Positions 35,749-44,556 of a stretch of 64,000 nt of DNA are shown here, in pieces. The stretch is from Candidatus Dojkabacteria bacterium. GTDB lineage: Bacteria; Patescibacteriota; Dojkabacteria; SC72. Every line of letters starts with the position of its first letter. Within the stretch, counting starts at the first letter, position 1. The notes below the pieces were generated by a model, which had not been told where the DNA came from, did not search any database, and worked only from the letters and a program-made list of their open reading frames with translations. Where the stretch lies: positions 28,964 through 92,963 of the forward strand of contig DATERJ010000012.1 in assembly GCA_035271645.1 (NCBI GenBank), in the 5' to 3' direction. Position numbers and translations under genes: made by a program.

Positions 35749-35756
35749 CTAGACAC

Positions 35757-36197
35757 CTATGGTTGTATTGTTGATGATAGATGTTTTTGCACTTTCTCAA
35801 GTACAATTCGCAAACCATCAAATGTGACTTTTTGCATAGCCTCTTCTAATGTAAACCATTTTCCTTCCAAATGCTCTGCACTCATCTCTTTTGTTGCTTC
35901 CAAGTTATCATCAAGTAGTTTAAAAAGATAGAAGGTTACTGTTTTCTCTATCTCTTCTCCTGTATTAGGATGTGTAAATGAGTATTGATGAGTATATAGT
36001 GGTTTTTGAAGAATAATTTCTGTATTCTGATAACCTGTTTCTTCCTGTATCTCTCTCTTAGCAGCTGTTATCTTATCTTCCCCCTCCTCTATTCCACCTT
36101 TAGGGAGAACCCATTCATCTCTTACTGTTTGATGAAGTAAATATACCTCATGCTTGTTATTAACTAAAACACCACCTGCGGAAAAATGTTTTTTCAT
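35757..36197 (-). CDS. NUDIX hydrolase
   Basis: 146 aa. Nudix box GGIEEGEDKITAAKREIQEETGY. Confidence 0.75.
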   Translation of the reverse strand: MKKHFSAGGVLVNNKHEVYLLHQTVRDEWVLPKGGIEEGEDKITAAKREIQEETGYQNTEIILQKPLYTHQYSFTHPNTGEEIEKTVTFYLFKLLDDNLEATKEMSAEHLEGKWFTLEEAMQKVTFDGLRIVLEKVQKHLSSTIQP

Positions 36198-36941
36198 CTA
36201 TTTAACAATAAAGAAAGAAATTACATTCAAACCAAGATTGATACTTTCAACTAATTTTAGATGTTTGATATCAATCTTCTCTAAATCATATCTCTTAGGA
36301 TGTTTAAGTATCAAAGCACCTTTCCATTTCTTTGTTTTTTGGTCTTGTACTCCAGGTAGTAGTTCTGATGCCATGTTAATAACTTGTTCCATCTTAAATG
36401 TTTTCTTTGTGTTAAAAAGTTTGTATGGGGGATCCATGAAGATAATGTCAAAGGTTTGAATATCCTCTTTCTCTTTGTTTGTCATTCTAAAGAGATAATC
36501 CTCTACCTTCTCTTTAAGAACTTCTGATTCTATTAGGAATCCAGTATGAGCTACATTCTTCTTAAGGACAGCTTCAGCATTCTTTGATGTATCTACAAAT
36601 GTAGCACTCTTTGCACCTCTGGAGAGTGCTTCTAATCCAAATGAACCAGCACCTGCATAGAGATCGAGAATGTCTTTGTTTACAATATCTTCCCTTAGAA
36701 TATCAAAGACTCTAACCTTCATTCTATCTGTCATGGGTCTTGTGGCTTTGGGTACTTCAAGAGTAAAGTTTCTAGCTTTACCTCCTGTTATTCTAACAGT
36801 TGTTGTAATGGTAGGTTCTTTACTCATGAGTCTTTCTTTAAGAAATGTTTCTTCCATTTCTATGAAGTCTTCAGGAGTATCTAATCTCCATTTGTTTTTC
36901 TCTTTTCTTATTTTTTTAAATGAATCGTGTTTTAAACTCAT
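36198..36941 (-). CDS. rsmD: 16S rRNA (guanine966-N2)-methyltransferase RsmD-family
   Basis: 247 aa. ITGGKARN, DLYAGAGSFGLEALSRGA, DPPY. Confidence 0.7.
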   Translation of the reverse strand: MSLKHDSFKKIRKEKNKWRLDTPEDFIEMEETFLKERLMSKEPTITTTVRITGGKARNFTLEVPKATRPMTDRMKVRVFDILREDIVNKDILDLYAGAGSFGLEALSRGAKSATFVDTSKNAEAVLKKNVAHTGFLIESEVLKEKVEDYLFRMTNKEKEDIQTFDIIFMDPPYKLFNTKKTFKMEQVINMASELLPGVQDQKTKKWKGALILKHPKRYDLEKIDIKHLKLVESINLGLNVISFFIVK

Positions 36942-37044
36942 GTGTATATTATATCTTTTTTATACAAAAAGAAAAAAGCCCTAAGACTTATGAGATATAT
37001 ATTAATATTTTTATCTCTGCTTAGAGCTGTTTGTTCTTTATACA

Positions 37045-37389
37045 TTACTTGTTTGTTCTGTCTTTCTTTACAATTTCCTCATCCATTTCAAGAGGGACTA
37101 AGTTAAAGTATCCTATTAGATCGTTTTTTTGAACAAGATAATTCTTTAGAGTTAGTAAATATACCTCTTCCACAGTGCCTGAAGGATATACTGGATGATC
37201 GATAAGTATGGGGAGTGTTACTTGGTTGAAAATTAAGTTGACACCGATTCCTGTCATCATACTGAACTTAAAAGCATCGCTAACAGCCTCTTCCAATGTT
37301 GAGCCTTCCTGTGCACTAATTGGTATTCGCCATGGTATTCTTAGATGTGGGAATTCCTTCTTCCTTATTGTAGACAACATCTTTATCAC
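37045..37389 (-). CDS. hypothetical protein (114 aa)
   Basis: ORF only. Confidence 0.4.
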   Translation of the reverse strand: MIKMLSTIRKKEFPHLRIPWRIPISAQEGSTLEEAVSDAFKFSMMTGIGVNLIFNQVTLPILIDHPVYPSGTVEEVYLLTLKNYLVQKNDLIGYFNLVPLEMDEEIVKKDRTNK

Positions 37390-37470
37390 CTTTTCCTTTC
37401 TTTTTGAATGTTTTTTAATTGTACAAAGAACCCTTAATTATACCACAGAACGATTGGGAACACTATGGGG

Positions 37471-37926
37471 TCAACCCCTTCTCGTTATCTCATACAAAAC
37501 AGTAGTTGCACAGTTAGCAACATTCAAAGATTCCTTCTTACCTCTCATAGGGACAAAAATCTTCTTGTCTGAATCTTTTAAAATCTCTTCCCCTACTCCC
37601 ATCTTCTCATGACCAAATACTAATGCTAACTTATGAGGATACTTAACTTTTTGAAAATCCTCTGCATCTTCAGTTAATTCTACCGAATATATTGGAATAT
37701 TCTGCTCTCTAATCTCCTCTAATGCTTCTTGTGTAGTATCATAATGTTGGGAAGGAACCATATCTATTGCACCAAGAGCTGTCTTCTCTAGTTTAGGATT
37801 ATCAATATCCGCTGTCATACCACAAAGATATATCTTCTTTACACTCCCTGCTCCATCAGCAGATCTAAAAATACTACCAACATTAAAAACAGAACGAATA
37901 TTATCAAGTACAATATGTATCTCCAT
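37471..37926 (-). CDS. SpoU/TrmH-family RNA 2'-O-methyltransferase (TrmL-like size)
   Basis: 151 aa. RNVGSIFRSADGAG, LVFGHEKMGV, SLNVANCATTVLYE (SPOUT knot motifs). Confidence 0.75.
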   Translation of the reverse strand: MEIHIVLDNIRSVFNVGSIFRSADGAGSVKKIYLCGMTADIDNPKLEKTALGAIDMVPSQHYDTTQEALEEIREQNIPIYSVELTEDAEDFQKVKYPHKLALVFGHEKMGVGEEILKDSDKKIFVPMRGKKESLNVANCATTVLYEITRRG

Positions 37927-39935
37927 TATCTAAAAAGATTATCTAAAATATATTCCAAATCATTATCTTCCTTTATCAATTTCTTCGCAAATGTTCTAGC
38001 TCTTTTCAGAAGGTCAACATCATATATATCTGCTACTTTAAATATTGGAATACCAGACTGTCTAGTACCATATACTTCTCCTGGACCTCTTGTTTGTAGG
38101 TCATACTGTGCAACATCAAAACCAGAAGAATGTTTAGAAAAATACAAAAGTCTTTCTTCTGCAGGAGAACCTTTCTCAACAGAACTAGATGGTATTACAA
38201 AACAGTATGACTCTTTATCACTCCTACCTACCCTACCTCTAAGTTGATGTAACTGTGCAAGTCCAAATCTCTCTGCATCTTCCACCACCATAATTGTTGC
38301 ATCAGGTATATCAATACCAACTTCAATCACAGTTGTTGAAACAAGAATATCAATTTTCTTCTCTCTGAAATTTTCCAGTAGCTTACTCTTCTCTTCTTCC
38401 TTTAATTTCCCATGTAAGTATTTCACCTTCAAGCCTTTAAAGATTTCCTTTAGACTTTCATATTCATTCAATACTGATTTTCTTGTAGACTTCTCACTTT
38501 CTTCAATTAGTGGGTATATGAAGAAGGCTTGGTTTTCTCCTTTGCTCTCTAGAATTTTTTCTTTCACCCACTCAAAACACTCTAACCTTTTTCTTACTGG
38601 TGTGTAATATGTTTTTACTTCAATTCTTCCTTTTGGTTTCTCTTTAATCTCTGATACATCTAAACCTCCAAAGAAAATTTCTGTCAAACTTCGAGGAATG
38701 GGTGTAGCTGTCATAGTGAGATAGTGAGGGGAATATTTTCCTTTTTCTCTAAAGTACTCTCTCTGTTCTACTCCAAATCTATGTTGTTCATCAATTATCA
38801 CAAGATTTAAATCTTTAGGTAATGCCATATCATACAGAATTGCATGTGTGCCAATTATTAACTTGTTGTCTGCATCAGAGATATTCTTGTCTGATGAGAT
38901 GCAGAGTTCTATGTCGATATTGAAATCCTTAAAAAGTTTGTTAAATGTTTCAAAGTGTTGTTTTGCAAGTACTGTAGTTGGAGCTAGGAGAATTGAAGAG
39001 AAACCATTTTTAATACAGTTTAATATTGCAATTCCAGCTACAACTGTTTTTCCACTACCTACATCACCATTCAGAAGACGAGTCATTGGTATTGAATTGT
39101 TACAATCAGAGAGAATCTCTGCAACTGCTTTGTTTTGATCATCTGTTAATTTGTATGGAAGTGATTTTATAAAGTTGTTTAGAACTTTACTATCAAGAGG
39201 AATCTTTTTAGCCTTCTCTTTTCTTTTTGCTTCTTTTTCCCTCTCTATCTTAATTGCTACTCTTAACATTTCATCAAAAGAGAGTCTTTGTTTGGCCATA
39301 TCAATATCTTTCTGGTCTTTTGGAAAATGTATTTTTTCAATAGCTTTAGAAATGAAGGGCAACTTCAGGTTGCTTTTTTTAATGTTTTTTTCTAAGGGGT
39401 CATCTAGTATTTTAGGAATATCATCTTGAAGGTCTGCAATCTTTCTTCTTAACATTGCAGAAGTTAATCCTTTTGTTTCTGGATATACTCCTACTATCTT
39501 TCCTACATGTAGTTGTTTTTCTTTTTCGTATTTAAACTTTTCAAATTTAGGGTTGTATATATTTTTGGTTTTTCCATTCCTGCTAGTTGAATATTTAGCA
39601 TCGAAGAGATATATCTCACCCTTTTGTAATGTTTTCTGAAGGTATGATTGGTTAAAATATGTTAATCGAAGAGTATCTGTGTCGTCTTTTACCTTTACAG
39701 TAGTTATCTTTTTTCTAAAGTATGTTGTTTTTACATCTTCTATCTCTGCAAGAAATGTTCCTTCTCCTCTTTCCTTAAATTCTTTTATTGAGATAATTTC
39801 AGATGTGTCTTGGTATCTAAATGGTATATGAAAAAGAAGGTCTCTAACCGTATGTATTCCTAAGTTTTCATAGAGATACAGAGATTTAGGCCCAATGCCT
39901 TTTAATTCTGATATTGGTGTATCTTTGCTTAGCAT
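37926..39935 (-). CDS. recG: ATP-dependent DNA helicase RecG
   Basis: 669 aa. Wedge/OB N-domain. Helicase motif I GDVGSGKT, DEQHRFG, SATPIPR. QLRGRVGR motif VI. Confidence 0.85.
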   Translation of the reverse strand: MLSKDTPISELKGIGPKSLYLYENLGIHTVRDLLFHIPFRYQDTSEIISIKEFKERGEGTFLAEIEDVKTTYFRKKITTVKVKDDTDTLRLTYFNQSYLQKTLQKGEIYLFDAKYSTSRNGKTKNIYNPKFEKFKYEKEKQLHVGKIVGVYPETKGLTSAMLRRKIADLQDDIPKILDDPLEKNIKKSNLKLPFISKAIEKIHFPKDQKDIDMAKQRLSFDEMLRVAIKIEREKEAKRKEKAKKIPLDSKVLNNFIKSLPYKLTDDQNKAVAEILSDCNNSIPMTRLLNGDVGSGKTVVAGIAILNCIKNGFSSILLAPTTVLAKQHFETFNKLFKDFNIDIELCISSDKNISDADNKLIIGTHAILYDMALPKDLNLVIIDEQHRFGVEQREYFREKGKYSPHYLTMTATPIPRSLTEIFFGGLDVSEIKEKPKGRIEVKTYYTPVRKRLECFEWVKEKILESKGENQAFFIYPLIEESEKSTRKSVLNEYESLKEIFKGLKVKYLHGKLKEEEKSKLLENFREKKIDILVSTTVIEVGIDIPDATIMVVEDAERFGLAQLHQLRGRVGRSDKESYCFVIPSSSVEKGSPAEERLLYFSKHSSGFDVAQYDLQTRGPGEVYGTRQSGIPIFKVADIYDVDLLKRARTFAKKLIKEDNDLEYILDNLFR

Positions 39936-39939
39936 CTTT

Positions 39940-40059
39940 TTAGAGGTTTGTGAGAACCAAAATCATTGGTACAAGAATACCTGCGAGCATAACTACTATT
40001 AGTATTATGTTTAGAATGGTTCTTGCTTTTTGTTTTGTTTTTTTCTTTATTTTTGCCAT
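39940..40059 (-). CDS. candidate 39-aa small membrane protein between the ABC ATPase gene and recG
   Basis: Hand-translated: MAKIKKKTKQKARTILNIILIVVMLAGILVPMILVLTNL*. Basic N-terminus plus one hydrophobic helix. Its stop lies 4 nt before the recG start. Other-frame alternative to the 85-aa track ORF. Confidence 0.35.
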   Translation of the reverse strand: MAKIKKKTKQKARTILNIILIVVMLAGILVPMILVLTNL

Positions 40060-40106
40060 ATTCTATTCTATCTCTTTTTGGAGGGTTTTGTAAATTACTA
40101 AAAGCG

Positions 40107-40865
40107 TTACTTCTTCTTTGGTGAGATATATGCCATGTATTCGCTGATGACTTTATTGGGTTCACCAATGTCTTTGACTTCTCCACCCTCTAACCACAGA
40201 ACTTCATCACACACTTCTTTTAGTTGTCCCATATTGTGAGAAACGATTATAACTGTTTTGGTTTTATCAAAGATAATTTCTTTAATCTTGTTAAAACTTT
40301 TCTCTCTAAAGGAAGTATCTCCAACCGACAGAATTTCATCTATTAGGATAATGTCAGCTTCGAAAATTGCTGTGATGGAGAAAGCTAGTTTAGAAACCAT
40401 TCCTGAAGAATATGTACTTATTGGTTTGTATATGAAGTCTCCCAGTTCAGAAAATTCAATAATTTCATCTATTTTAGATTCTATTTGACTTTTGCTAAAA
40501 CCTAGAAGGAGTCCTGATATGTAAATGTTCTCATAACCTGTAAGTCTACTTTTAAATCCTACTCCAATTGCTTGCAATGATACTGTATTATTAAACAGCT
40601 CTATTGTTCCCTCATCGGGAGAGAATATTCCTGCAATAGCTTTTAGGAGGGTAGATTTACCACTACCATTCGAACCGATGACACCAAGAATTTTACCTTC
40701 TTCTAATTCAAAGTTAACATTTTTTAAAGCTTGGAAGTAATCGGATTTAACTCCTTTGAGTTTTAATAGGTTTCTTTTTATAGAATACGGCTGAATGATA
40801 CGGTAACTGAGTGATACATTTGTTAATCTTAATGCTATGTTTTTCTTTTCTTTCTCCTTGCTCAT
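40107..40865 (-). CDS. ABC transporter ATP-binding protein, polysaccharide/teichoic-acid exporter type (TagH/Wzt-like)
   Basis: 252 aa. Walker A GSNGSGKST, signature SGMVSKLAFS, Walker B ILIDE. Confidence 0.85.
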   Translation of the reverse strand: MSKEKEKKNIALRLTNVSLSYRIIQPYSIKRNLLKLKGVKSDYFQALKNVNFELEEGKILGVIGSNGSGKSTLLKAIAGIFSPDEGTIELFNNTVSLQAIGVGFKSRLTGYENIYISGLLLGFSKSQIESKIDEIIEFSELGDFIYKPISTYSSGMVSKLAFSITAIFEADIILIDEILSVGDTSFREKSFNKIKEIIFDKTKTVIIVSHNMGQLKEVCDEVLWLEGGEVKDIGEPNKVISEYMAYISPKKK

Positions 40866-40870
40866 GATTC

Positions 40871-41653
40871 TTAAGATATCTTGGCGTAAGAGTTCTCATG
40901 CTTTTGTACTATGTGAATACCGGTAATAATGAGAACAATTGAAATAGCCAACCAAATTAAATAATATTTTATGTTTAATCCTTTTTCATATAGCATAACG
41001 TTTCTCATTTGATCTATAATGAACGCTATTGGGTTGCAAGTTAATAGTATTTTGTTAAAAGGTGCAGGAACTCTGCTTCCAATGTCATAGAAGATACCTG
41101 TTAGATAGAATACTATTTTCAAAGTAATGTTTGTTAAGTTAAATAAATCTTCAACATATACCCCAAAGTGTAGTAGAAACAGGGATATGCCAAAAGATAT
41201 TAGGTATAATAGAAGTAATAAAGGTAAGAACCATAATATGTTAATGGTTATAGGAACTTTTAATATGAAAAGTAAGATGAATATTAGAGTATAAGAGATT
41301 AGGCTCTTGAATAAGTAAACAAAGCTTTTTTGTAGTAACAAAATATATTTAGGAACGTAAATCTTACTAGTAATATGTTTATGGTCTCTTATCGCTTTTA
41401 CAGAACCAGATAACATTAGATTGAAGAAATTCCAGCTTGTCAATGCTATTAGTACAAAAGCTGGGAAGTAGTCTTCTGCTGATTTAAAGACAACTTTACC
41501 AATGAAGATGTAGATTAAAGTAAAAGCTAAAGGGTCGAGTATCCACCAAAACCAGTTGAGATAGGAGTTTGCAACCTCGCTTTTTAAATCAGACTTTGCT
41601 GAATAAACAGAATAGAAAAAATATTTTTTTAGATTCTCAAAGAATTTTAACAT
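40871..41653 (-). CDS. ABC-2 type transporter permease (TagG/Wzm-like)
   Basis: 260 aa with 6 TM helices. Directly upstream of the ATPase gene. Confidence 0.8.
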   Translation of the reverse strand: MLKFFENLKKYFFYSVYSAKSDLKSEVANSYLNWFWWILDPLAFTLIYIFIGKVVFKSAEDYFPAFVLIALTSWNFFNLMLSGSVKAIRDHKHITSKIYVPKYILLLQKSFVYLFKSLISYTLIFILLFILKVPITINILWFLPLLLLLYLISFGISLFLLHFGVYVEDLFNLTNITLKIVFYLTGIFYDIGSRVPAPFNKILLTCNPIAFIIDQMRNVMLYEKGLNIKYYLIWLAISIVLIITGIHIVQKHENSYAKIS

Positions 41654-42693
41654 GTCTCTTCTTCTAAATGCTTAATTGTTCTTGCAAAGCCATCCTTTAG
41701 ATCATATCTTCCTTTATATCCTAAACCTTTGATCTTTTCATTGGATAGTATTCCTAATGAGAAAGGAGCATAGGAAGCATTCTTTGTCTCCTGAACTTTT
41801 TGAACGACTTTGATTTTGTCACTAAAACTAGCAATGAGTTCTGCTAACTCTTTAATACTAATCTCATTCTCAGGATCGGAGACATTGTAAATGAGTTCTT
41901 CCTTTGGTGCAAGTAGGAGTACTTTAAACATTGCGTTGATAGCATCACCTATATAGGTATAGGTTCTCCTAGCTTCTCCTGTACTGTTCATGACTATGTC
42001 TTCATTGTTCATATAGTTTAGGAGGAAATCTGACTGAACTCGTCCATCGTGTATATTAATTCCAGGTCCGTATGTATGAGCTAGACGAACGGCTTTAACA
42101 TTTAAATCATATTGATATTGGTAACATGCTAGTAGGTTTTCTGCATTTTTTTTGCTTTCGGAGTAAGAGTTTCTAACTATTAAATGATCTAACTTTCCAT
42201 ATGGACCTTCTTCATAGAAAAATTTCTGGTCACTTGCAGCTTCTCCATAGATTTCTCTTGATGAAATGAATAGATATCCTTTACTGTTACTCTCTTTTGC
42301 AAGTTTTAATGTATTTATTGTTCCAAGAGTATTTGCTAGATTAACTCCTAATGGGTCAACCTTCATAACCTTAGGACTAGCAGGCCCAGCGGTATGTATT
42401 ACATAATCGATTTTCTCATCAATCTTTATTTCCTCTGTCACATCTTGTATCAAAAATTTAATGGTTTTATCTTCTTGTATTTCCTTAGGAAGTTTATCTT
42501 TATTTCTAACAAGCAATATAATTTTGTGGTTTTTGTTGTATAGCTTGTTTAATAAATATACCGTGTAGAGGAAATATCCTCCTATTAAGCCTGTTGCACC
42601 TGTGATAAAAAAAGTACTATCCGCTAAATCTAGAAGATTGTTGTCCTTTATTATGTTTTCAACATCTTCTTTTATAATGCTGGTGATTTTCAT
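41647..42693 (-). CDS. NAD-dependent epimerase/dehydratase (extended SDR) family protein
   Basis: 348 aa. FITGATGLIGGYF Rossmann motif. YxxxK (YSESK). Confidence 0.8.
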   Translation of the reverse strand: MKITSIIKEDVENIIKDNNLLDLADSTFFITGATGLIGGYFLYTVYLLNKLYNKNHKIILLVRNKDKLPKEIQEDKTIKFLIQDVTEEIKIDEKIDYVIHTAGPASPKVMKVDPLGVNLANTLGTINTLKLAKESNSKGYLFISSREIYGEAASDQKFFYEEGPYGKLDHLIVRNSYSESKKNAENLLACYQYQYDLNVKAVRLAHTYGPGINIHDGRVQSDFLLNYMNNEDIVMNSTGEARRTYTYIGDAINAMFKVLLLAPKEELIYNVSDPENEISIKELAELIASFSDKIKVVQKVQETKNASYAPFSLGILSNEKIKGLGYKGRYDLKDGFARTIKHLEEETC

Positions 42694-42715
42694 TTATTTA
42701 ATATGATGATTTAAA

Positions 42716-43435
42716 TTAGTTAAATACTTCCTGATAATCCTCTGCACTTAATATGCCTAACAATCTATATATATCATCTCGTGTGGTTATTTTAATGTTT
42801 CGTCTGTGACATTCAACTGTCTTTATCTTTTTACCAAAGGACTTCATAAGAGTACAATTGTCAATGATTCCTTCGTAGTTAGGGTTAACCTTTCTTACCT
42901 TTTTGTGAGCTTCAAAAACTTCTTTGAGAAAGAAGGTCTGAGGAGCTTTTGCAACAAAACATGTGTTTCTGTCTATTACATCTTTCACTCTGAGGTTCTT
43001 ATCGAGTATGACAGGAGTTTCATAGAGTTTTGAAACAGTTACCGCAGCACCATGTTTTCTACAAGTTTTGATGTTTTTGCTAATTAGTTCTTGGTCGATA
43101 AGGGGTCTGACACCATCATGGATTAAGACTACATCATCATCGTGAGCATTTTTAGAAGCTTCCCGTAGACCAATGTAAATCGAGTCCATTCCAGTTTTTC
43201 CTCCTGTGAAGACTTTTATTTTTGTAAGTTTGTTTTCTTTAATTAAATCTTTCATGTATTCCTCATAACCGGATTTTATTACTAAAAATATCTCATCTAT
43301 TTCAGGGTGGCATACAAAATTGTTAAGTGTATGGATAATTATTTGTTTACCTCTATATTTAATAAATTGCTTTGGTTTTTCGTGTTTCATTCTCTCGCCT
43401 ACTCCACCTGCAAAAATGACTGCTTTGTTTTTCAT
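42716..43435 (-). CDS. IspD/TarI-family sugar/polyol-phosphate cytidylyltransferase
   Basis: 239 aa. AGGVGERM...KQF and VLIHDGVRP motifs. Confidence 0.8.
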   Translation of the reverse strand: MKNKAVIFAGGVGERMKHEKPKQFIKYRGKQIIIHTLNNFVCHPEIDEIFLVIKSGYEEYMKDLIKENKLTKIKVFTGGKTGMDSIYIGLREASKNAHDDDVVLIHDGVRPLIDQELISKNIKTCRKHGAAVTVSKLYETPVILDKNLRVKDVIDRNTCFVAKAPQTFFLKEVFEAHKKVRKVNPNYEGIIDNCTLMKSFGKKIKTVECHRRNIKITTRDDIYRLLGILSAEDYQEVFN

Positions 43436-44556
43436 GTTATTTTCCCTTCTTTTAAAATAAATTTAACTAACTTCTCATTAGCATTATCGATGTTTACAAC
43501 ATACTTTTTCCTCTTGTTCTGATAGAAAGTTAAATCTTCCTTCTGAATCTTTGAGTTGATTCTCTTTTGTAACTCTTTTCTATCCTTAAATACGTATCCT
43601 TTATATTCTTTCTCAATATCTATTGTCAAACCTCTATCTTCTACATATTGGTTTAAATCAGGGACATACAAAAATACGACAATATCTCTAACCATTGCAT
43701 CATATATAACACAAGAGTAATCACTGATTAATTTATCTGAAACAAACAAGAAATCGAAGGTAGTGTGTTCTTGATCATAAATCACTCTATTGTTCTCCTT
43801 TGTAAGATTTTTGATTTTGATTCGATCCTTCTCATCTAGTGGGTGAAGACTCAGTATTAAATTATGTTTCGAAAAATCAACAATAGAGAGTATGTCTTTT
43901 ATATTTTCTAATACGAGATTGTTATTTTTGAATGTGGGTGCAAATGTAATGTTTTCCCTCTCTTTTAATACTGGATATTTTTGATAAAGTTCATCTTGGA
44001 TCTCCTTTTCATATTTTTTGTTGTTTAGTAAATCTACTCTAGGGAGAGAATAGATATGAACATAACTACTGTCATATCCAAATCCTTCTGCTAAATCTTT
44101 AGCGTATTCTTTGGAGGATGCTATTATATAATCATATTGTTTATGCATATTTAAGGAGTGTGCAATGTTTTCACCTCTTCCATCTTTCTTCCCAATAATT
44201 TGCTTTCCAAATTTTTTCATTGTTCCCATGGAATGCCATATCTGAAAGACTTTTAACTCTTCTTTATGTGTAAAATTACTTACAGCTAGGGAATAACCAT
44301 CAATAATTACAACTTTTGAATTGGCAATATTAAACAGGTCTTTTAGAAGTACTAAGTAGTAGGATGGGGAGTATTTTACTTTATGACAAGAAACATAAGT
44401 CTCTATTCCTTTTTCTTTAAGGCTTGCTATCAATAATTGGAAGTCTAAACCTGGAGTATTACCTTGTCTTGATAGGAAACATACCTTGTTTCTAATCTTC
44501 CTCTTTTTAAAGAAGTGATATATGAAAGAGGTAAGTTTTATAAGAATTTTAATCAC
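43432..44556 (-). CDS. CDP-glycerol/ribitol:poly(polyol phosphate) phosphotransferase (TagF/TagB/TarL family)
   Basis: 374 aa. Glyphos_transf-like pattern (IWHSMGTMKKFG, FAPTFK). Confidence 0.7.
   Translation of the reverse strand: MIKILIKLTSFIYHFFKKRKIRNKVCFLSRQGNTPGLDFQLLIASLKEKGIETYVSCHKVKYSPSYYLVLLKDLFNIANSKVVIIDGYSLAVSNFTHKEELKVFQIWHSMGTMKKFGKQIIGKKDGRGENIAHSLNMHKQYDYIIASSKEYAKDLAEGFGYDSSYVHIYSLPRVDLLNNKKYEKEIQDELYQKYPVLKERENITFAPTFKNNNLVLENIKDILSIVDFSKHNLILSLHPLDEKDRIKIKNLTKENNRVIYDQEHTTFDFLFVSDKLISDYSCVIYDAMVRDIVVFLYVPDLNQYVEDRGLTIDIEKEYKGYVFKDRKELQKRINSKIQKEDLTFYQNKRKKYVVNIDNANEKLVKFILKEGKIT

Noticed and set aside
35592-35756. T-box riboswitch upstream of thrS
   Set aside because: Leader is only about 120 nt and lacks the T-box AGGGUGGNACCGCG consensus. 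Kept only as a possible hairpin operator.
39929-40186. 85-aa ORF (MEKSKTLVNPIKSSANTW...)
   Set aside because: Low-complexity and overlaps the ABC ATPase 3' end by 80 nt. The alternative 39-aa TM-peptide frame in the same DNA is more gene-like.
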